Below are positions 60,091 through 64,000 of a stretch of 64,000 nucleotides of DNA, piece after piece. A program made the position numbers and the translations under genes. The DNA comes from Candidatus Dormibacteria bacterium (GTDB lineage: Bacteria > Chloroflexota > Dormibacteria > Aeolococcales > Aeolococcaceae): the NCBI GenBank assembly GCA_050010655.1, contig JBEKKP010000008.1, positions 2,623-66,622 on the forward strand, in the 5' to 3' direction. Below the pieces are notes generated by a model, which saw only the letters and a list, made by a program, of their open reading frames with translations, searched no databases and was not told the origin of the DNA. The stretch's first letter is position 1, and each line of letters starts with the position of its first letter.

Positions 60091-61059
60091 ATGACCGGAT
60101 CGCTCGACGCGCCGGCGCTGATCGACTCGGTTATCGATCGCCTGAACGCCGCATACATCTTTCCCGACCGCGCCGCAGCAGCAGCCGTGCTCCTGCGCGC
60201 GCGGCTGCAGGAAGGGCGGTACGCGGGGGCAGTCGACCAAGCCCTGCTCGTTCGCATCAACGAGGATCTGCTGGAGGCCTGCGCGGACAAGCACCTTCGC
60301 CTCCTCTGGTACGAGGCCGACGCGGCCGGTGTCGCGCCGCAGAGCGACGACGACGTGATCGCACTGCTGCGAGAGATGTTCCGGCTCGAGAACCACGGCG
60401 TGAAACGGGTCGAGCGCCTGGCCGGCAACATCGGCGTCATCGAGCTGACGGTCGTCCCCGATGCCGACTCGGCGGGTCGCGTCATCGCGGCAGCGTTCGA
60501 ACTCGTGCAGCACACGTCGGGTTTGATCCTCGACCTGCGTGCCACCCGCGGCGGAGCACCCGACGGTGTCGCCTATCTGCAGAGCTTTCTCTTCGCGGAC
60601 GGCGACGTCCATCTGAGCGACATGGTCGAGGGGCCGAACGGTCCGACGCGCCAGTTCTGGACGTCGGGGTATCTCCCGTCGCCGCGATACCTCGACCGGC
60701 CGGTGTTCGCGCTCGTCAGCGGTACGACCTTCTCGGGTGGCGAAGCCCTGGCGTACGACCTCCAGGCGCTGAAACGCGCGACGGTCGTGGGCGAAGCCAC
60801 CCGTGGTGGCGCGCACCCGTCGACTGTCGTCTCGCTCGGAGACAACGTGGAACTGCGGCTGCCGATCGCCCGGAGCGTGAGTCCCGTCACGGGCGGTGAC
60901 TGGGAGGGCGTCGGGGTTGCTCCGGACATCGTCGTGTCCGCGGCGGACGCGATGGACACTGCACGGCGCGCGCTGCTCGAGACGTTTATTGCCGATAGCG
61001 GTGCGTCCGAGGCGGTCCGCGAGGAAGCCCGGCAGGCACTCGAATCGCTTCGCGAATAG
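60091..61059 (+). CDS. S41 family peptidase (tail-specific/tricorn-core-like)
   Basis: LILDLRATRGG and TFSGGEALAYDL motifs. Confidence 0.6.
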   Translation: MTGSLDAPALIDSVIDRLNAAYIFPDRAAAAAVLLRARLQEGRYAGAVDQALLVRINEDLLEACADKHLRLLWYEADAAGVAPQSDDDVIALLREMFRLENHGVKRVERLAGNIGVIELTVVPDADSAGRVIAAAFELVQHTSGLILDLRATRGGAPDGVAYLQSFLFADGDVHLSDMVEGPNGPTRQFWTSGYLPSPRYLDRPVFALVSGTTFSGGEALAYDLQALKRATVVGEATRGGAHPSTVVSLGDNVELRLPIARSVSPVTGGDWEGVGVAPDIVVSAADAMDTARRALLETFIADSGASEAVREEARQALESLRE

Positions 61060-61650
61060 ATGCCCGACGTCTCCGAGCTGATCGTGGCCGACGCCGCTGC
61101 GTGGCGGCGGTGGCTGGGCGAGCACCACACAACGTCGCCGGGTGTGTGGCTGGTGCTTGCGAAGAAGGCCGTGGTGGTGCCGACGAGTCTCACGTACGCG
61201 GAGGCGCTCGACGAAGCGCTCTGTCACGGGTGGATCGACGGTCAGACCGGAGTCCGCGACAGCACGACGTTCCTCCGGCGCTTCACACCGCGGCGATCGC
61301 GCAGCCGCTGGTCGGCGCGCAACGTCGAGATCATCGGCCGCCTGCGCGCCGAGGGGCGAATGGTTCCGGCCGGCGAAGCAGAGGTCGAGCGCGCCCAGCA
61401 GGACGGGCGCTGGGAGGTCGCGTACACAGGGTCGGCCGCAATCGAGATACCGGCAGACCTCGCCGCAGCGTTGAGCGCCAACCCGAGGGCCCAGGCGATG
61501 TTCGACGTGCTGACCAGCCAGAACCGATACTCAATCCTGTTTCGCATCGGCGGTGCGAAGCAGTCGGTTACTCGGGCGCGACGCATTGACCAGTTCGTCG
61601 CGATGCTCGAACGCGGCGAGACCGTCCACCCTCAGAAGCGAAGCCTCTGA
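61060..61650 (+). CDS. YdeI/OmpD-associated (DUF1801) family protein
   Basis: Family pattern in the C-terminal region; ATG abuts the upstream TAG. Confidence 0.5.
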   Translation: MPDVSELIVADAAAWRRWLGEHHTTSPGVWLVLAKKAVVVPTSLTYAEALDEALCHGWIDGQTGVRDSTTFLRRFTPRRSRSRWSARNVEIIGRLRAEGRMVPAGEAEVERAQQDGRWEVAYTGSAAIEIPADLAAALSANPRAQAMFDVLTSQNRYSILFRIGGAKQSVTRARRIDQFVAMLERGETVHPQKRSL

Positions 61651-61668
61651 GAGCCGCGAAAGCTGGCG

Positions 61669-62139
61669 CTAGCGGGCGGCCGGCGGCGGCGAGAAGGGAT
61701 CGACGGCGGAGGGCATGAGCGATGACGGTGGCGCATCCGCCCGTTGAGGAGCCATCACCGGCACAGCCGTGGGGATCGTGGACGAGCCGGGCGTCGACGC
61801 TACCGGTACGCCTGGATCGGGTGGGGCGAAGGCGGGTGCGTCGGAAGGAGCCCCGAACGCGGGAGGAGCAGACGGTTGTGCTCCAGCAGGCGCTTCGAAT
61901 GCAGGGGGTGCAGACGCCTGTGCGGAGGGCGCTACGAACGCTGGGGGAGCAGCCGCCTGCGCTTCGGCCCGCGCTGCGAACTCCGGCGGTGCAGATCCGA
62001 CCGGCGGCGGCGCGGGTGCGGCACCGTCAAGGGGCGGAGGTTCCGGCGGCGCGGCAGGCTTCTGCAGGTTGTCGATCCCGCGTTGCACCGATTGCTGCGC
62101 GTCAGTTGCAGCCTTCTTCAGATCGTCGAGAAAACCCAT
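61669..62139 (-). CDS. Pro/Ala-rich repeat protein (hypothetical)
   Basis: Internal ATG (MGFLDDLKKAATDAQ) followed by degenerate APPAF(x)AP(x)AQ(x)S repeats. Confidence 0.45.
   Translation of the reverse strand: MGFLDDLKKAATDAQQSVQRGIDNLQKPAAPPEPPPLDGAAPAPPPVGSAPPEFAARAEAQAAAPPAFVAPSAQASAPPAFEAPAGAQPSAPPAFGAPSDAPAFAPPDPGVPVASTPGSSTIPTAVPVMAPQRADAPPSSLMPSAVDPFSPPPAAR
61819..61992 (-). repeat. degenerate ~39-42 nt tandem repeats inside the Pro/Ala-rich CDS
   Basis: About four or five units encoding APPAF..AP..AQ.S. Confidence 0.5.
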
Positions 62140-62226
62140 CTGTCCGTGCCTCTCCTGGACGCGTCCTGTCCTGCGGACAGCATAGGAGCTACCAGCGACA
62201 GATCGCACCTCCCGAGGCGGATCGTT

Positions 62227-62523
62227 TCAGTGAAGCGTGGAGGGCTCGACGCTCGCTGCGTCGCTCGCGATCGAAGTTCGCGCCAGCAGGCGACCGAGTT
62301 GCCGGCGGGGCAAGTTGACCTGGCCGATGAGCACGGCAAGCGCCAGCACGGACTGGTTTGCAGGGGCTCCGGGTCCCGTTGAACCGGTCACGTGGAAGAC
62401 CACTGCGATCACGGCAACAAACGCGGCAAGGATCGTCTGTTTCGAGACGAACCTCGCGACGCTCGCGGTCCGGGCGGCGTCGACACGAATATCGACACTA
62501 CGACTGGCTACTCCCCCTTCCAT
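62227..62523 (-). CDS. possible small two-TM protein
   Basis: Two hydrophobic helices; an alternative opposite-strand ORF also exists, so coding strand not resolved. Confidence 0.25.
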   Translation of the reverse strand: MEGGVASRSVDIRVDAARTASVARFVSKQTILAAFVAVIAVVFHVTGSTGPGAPANQSVLALAVLIGQVNLPRRQLGRLLARTSIASDAASVEPSTLH

Positions 62524-62723
62524 GCGGCCAATCGTACCGAACGCGTCTACCACTTTGCAAGCGTGAACTTGCGCCTCGAGGGGCCTTCGAGATTCGGACC
62601 CGCGACCGTGTCACGACACCCCGTTTCCATGGCGTATGTTTCTGGTCGTATTGGTAGAGGCCAGAGAGGGCTCGGGCGCAGCAATGTGCTGTTGACCTCC
62701 TCGGCACGCGGGTACATGTTCTG

Positions 62724-63455
62724 ATGACTTCGCTGCGTACGCCGCAGCAACCACCTCCGAAGGTCGCCGTCGTCACCGGTGCCTCGCAGGGTGTTGGCGC
62801 GGGCTTGGTGAGTGCATTTCGCAAAGCCGGATACGCCGTCGTCGGTACGTCGCGTTCGATGCCCGTATCCGACGAGCCGGACTTTCTCACAGTGCAAGGG
62901 GACATCGCGAATGCAGACACCGCCGAGCGCGTCGTTGCGAGCGCGGTCGATCGCTTCGGACGCATCGACAGTCTGGTCAACAACGCGGGCATCTACATCG
63001 GTAAGCCATTCACTGACTACACGCTTGACGACTACGCCGAGGTGACCACCGTGAACCTCACCGGCTTTTTCCATGTGACCCAGCGCGTTGTGCGGCAGAT
63101 GCTCACCCAAGGCAGCGGGCATATCGTGAACGTCAGCACCAGCCTCGTCGATTACCCCGACAGCACGGTGCCCTCAGCGCTGGCGTCCCTCACCAAGGGA
63201 GGACTCGCTGCCGTGACGCGCTCACTGGCAATGGAATACGCATCACGCGGAATTCGTGTCAATGCAGTGTCGCTGGGAGTCATCAGGACACCGGTGCACG
63301 ACCCGGCGTCCTATGCAGGTCTGGCAGCTCGTCACCCGCTCGGCCGGCTCGGCGAAATCAGTGATGTCACGGACGCGATCCTCTATCTCGAAGGCGCCAC
63401 GTTCGTCACCGGCGAGATCCTGCACGTCGACGGCGGTCAAGCCGCTGGACATTGA
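62724..63455 (+). CDS. short-chain dehydrogenase/reductase (SDR)
   Basis: VAVVTGASQGVG, NNAGI, catalytic Ser-Tyr-Lys pattern. Confidence 0.8.
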   Translation: MTSLRTPQQPPPKVAVVTGASQGVGAGLVSAFRKAGYAVVGTSRSMPVSDEPDFLTVQGDIANADTAERVVASAVDRFGRIDSLVNNAGIYIGKPFTDYTLDDYAEVTTVNLTGFFHVTQRVVRQMLTQGSGHIVNVSTSLVDYPDSTVPSALASLTKGGLAAVTRSLAMEYASRGIRVNAVSLGVIRTPVHDPASYAGLAARHPLGRLGEISDVTDAILYLEGATFVTGEILHVDGGQAAGH

Positions 63456-63522
63456 CGTCCACTCCCGGCGGCGCGCCGACGATGTCGCGACCTTTCGCAG
63501 CGAGACGTCGTTGTTGGTGTGA

Positions 63523-64000
63523 CTACTTTCGCCTTACGACAACGTATTCCACGGGTTGCAGCCCGCAGTGCCAGCGATCAGCGATAGGCTGGAGAACAGG
63601 TCGAATGCGCATCGGGTCGAATCCCATCGGTGTGACGTCCACAATCCGGCCGCCGTGCGCCTCGATAACCGGTCGAAGGAGCGCTTGTGGAAGCGGGAAC
63701 ATGTGCATGCGCGCCGGCAGCGGCGGGCCTTCGCGGTCATTGAAGCCGGCATACGCCTTTTGCAGTCGGACACGGAGGCGGGTCGAACGTTGTCGCATTC
63801 GCTGCAGGGCCGACAGCCCTGAGAACATCGGTCCCCCCTCAACCTCATGAGCATGGAACACCAGAACTCCGCGGTCGCGCGCGATAACGCGGACGAGCTC
63901 ACCCACGTATGCGAGCGCGTATCGACGCGAGATGTGTTGGAGAACGCGCGTGGAGTAGGCAAATGCAAATCGCCCATCTGCAAAGATGGAAAGGTCGGCC
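63523..64000 (-). CDS. hypothetical protein, 5' end outside the window
   Basis: Frame stays open to the window edge upstream of the ORF's first Met. Confidence 0.35.
   Translation of the reverse strand, partial: ADLSIFADGRFAFAYSTRVLQHISRRYALAYVGELVRVIARDRGVLVFHAHEVEGGPMFSGLSALQRMRQRSTRLRVRLQKAYAGFNDREGPPLPARMHMFPLPQALLRPVIEAHGGRIVDVTPMGFDPMRIRPVLQPIADRWHCGLQPVEYVVVRRK

Noticed and set aside
63452-63850. 132-aa plus-strand ORF
   Set aside because: It overlaps the minus-strand partial CDS that runs to the window edge. It has no homology features and is Arg-rich.

Overview
This 64 kb window is a high-GC (about 68-70%) actinobacterial-type chromosomal segment. Nearly all of it is housekeeping and transport genes, tightly packed and often translationally coupled through ATGA/GTGA/TTGA start-stop overlaps. 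I found no transposase, integrase, phage genes, CRISPR array, rRNA or convincing tRNA.

Main blocks, in order:
- Pentose-phosphate operon: fused transaldolase/PGI, short-form gnd, zwf, pgl, rpe, followed by glgP.
- Membrane Ser/Thr-kinase homologue that appears catalytically dead.
- Reverse transsulfuration pair (cbs, cystathionine gamma-lyase) and a DEAD-box helicase.
- Pyruvate dehydrogenase E1 (aceE).
- MFS transporter followed by a lipoprotein parvulin PPIase that is in-frame-fused to a ThpR/LigT 2H phosphoesterase.
- GNAT acetyltransferase; an HtrA-like PDZ protein lacking catalytic His and Ser.
- GABA-type catabolic operon: membrane protein, class-III aminotransferase, aldehyde dehydrogenase, alpha/beta hydrolase.
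- Branched-chain amino-acid ABC transporter (livJHMGF).
- Stand-alone GGDEF protein followed by a translationally coupled NfeD / flotillin / TelA-like module.
- GDP-mannose genes with a split ManC (nucleotidyltransferase, phosphomannomutase, separate cupin), then metK.
- Zinc-ribbon, Tudor-like and sortase genes; DedA; HMG-CoA lyase and acyl-CoA carboxyltransferase; rnhB; several small hypothetical proteins.
- An unusually organised Kdp locus: two secreted paralogues, kdpE, a kinase-less DUF4118 protein, two small hydrophobic peptides including kdpF, kdpABC, a tandem-duplicated kinase-less KdpD N-terminal sensor, and a convergent DUF4118 histidine kinase.
- 5'-3' exonuclease, S41 peptidase, YdeI-family protein, a Pro/Ala-repeat protein and an SDR.

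The most notable observations are the split Kdp sensing system, the PPIase-ThpR fusion, the two degenerate enzyme homologues (pseudokinase and pseudo-HtrA), and the NfeD-flotillin-TelA module. I did not find a clearly new multi-gene defence or mobile system. Coordinates worked out from the raw DNA by hand may be off by 1 nt.
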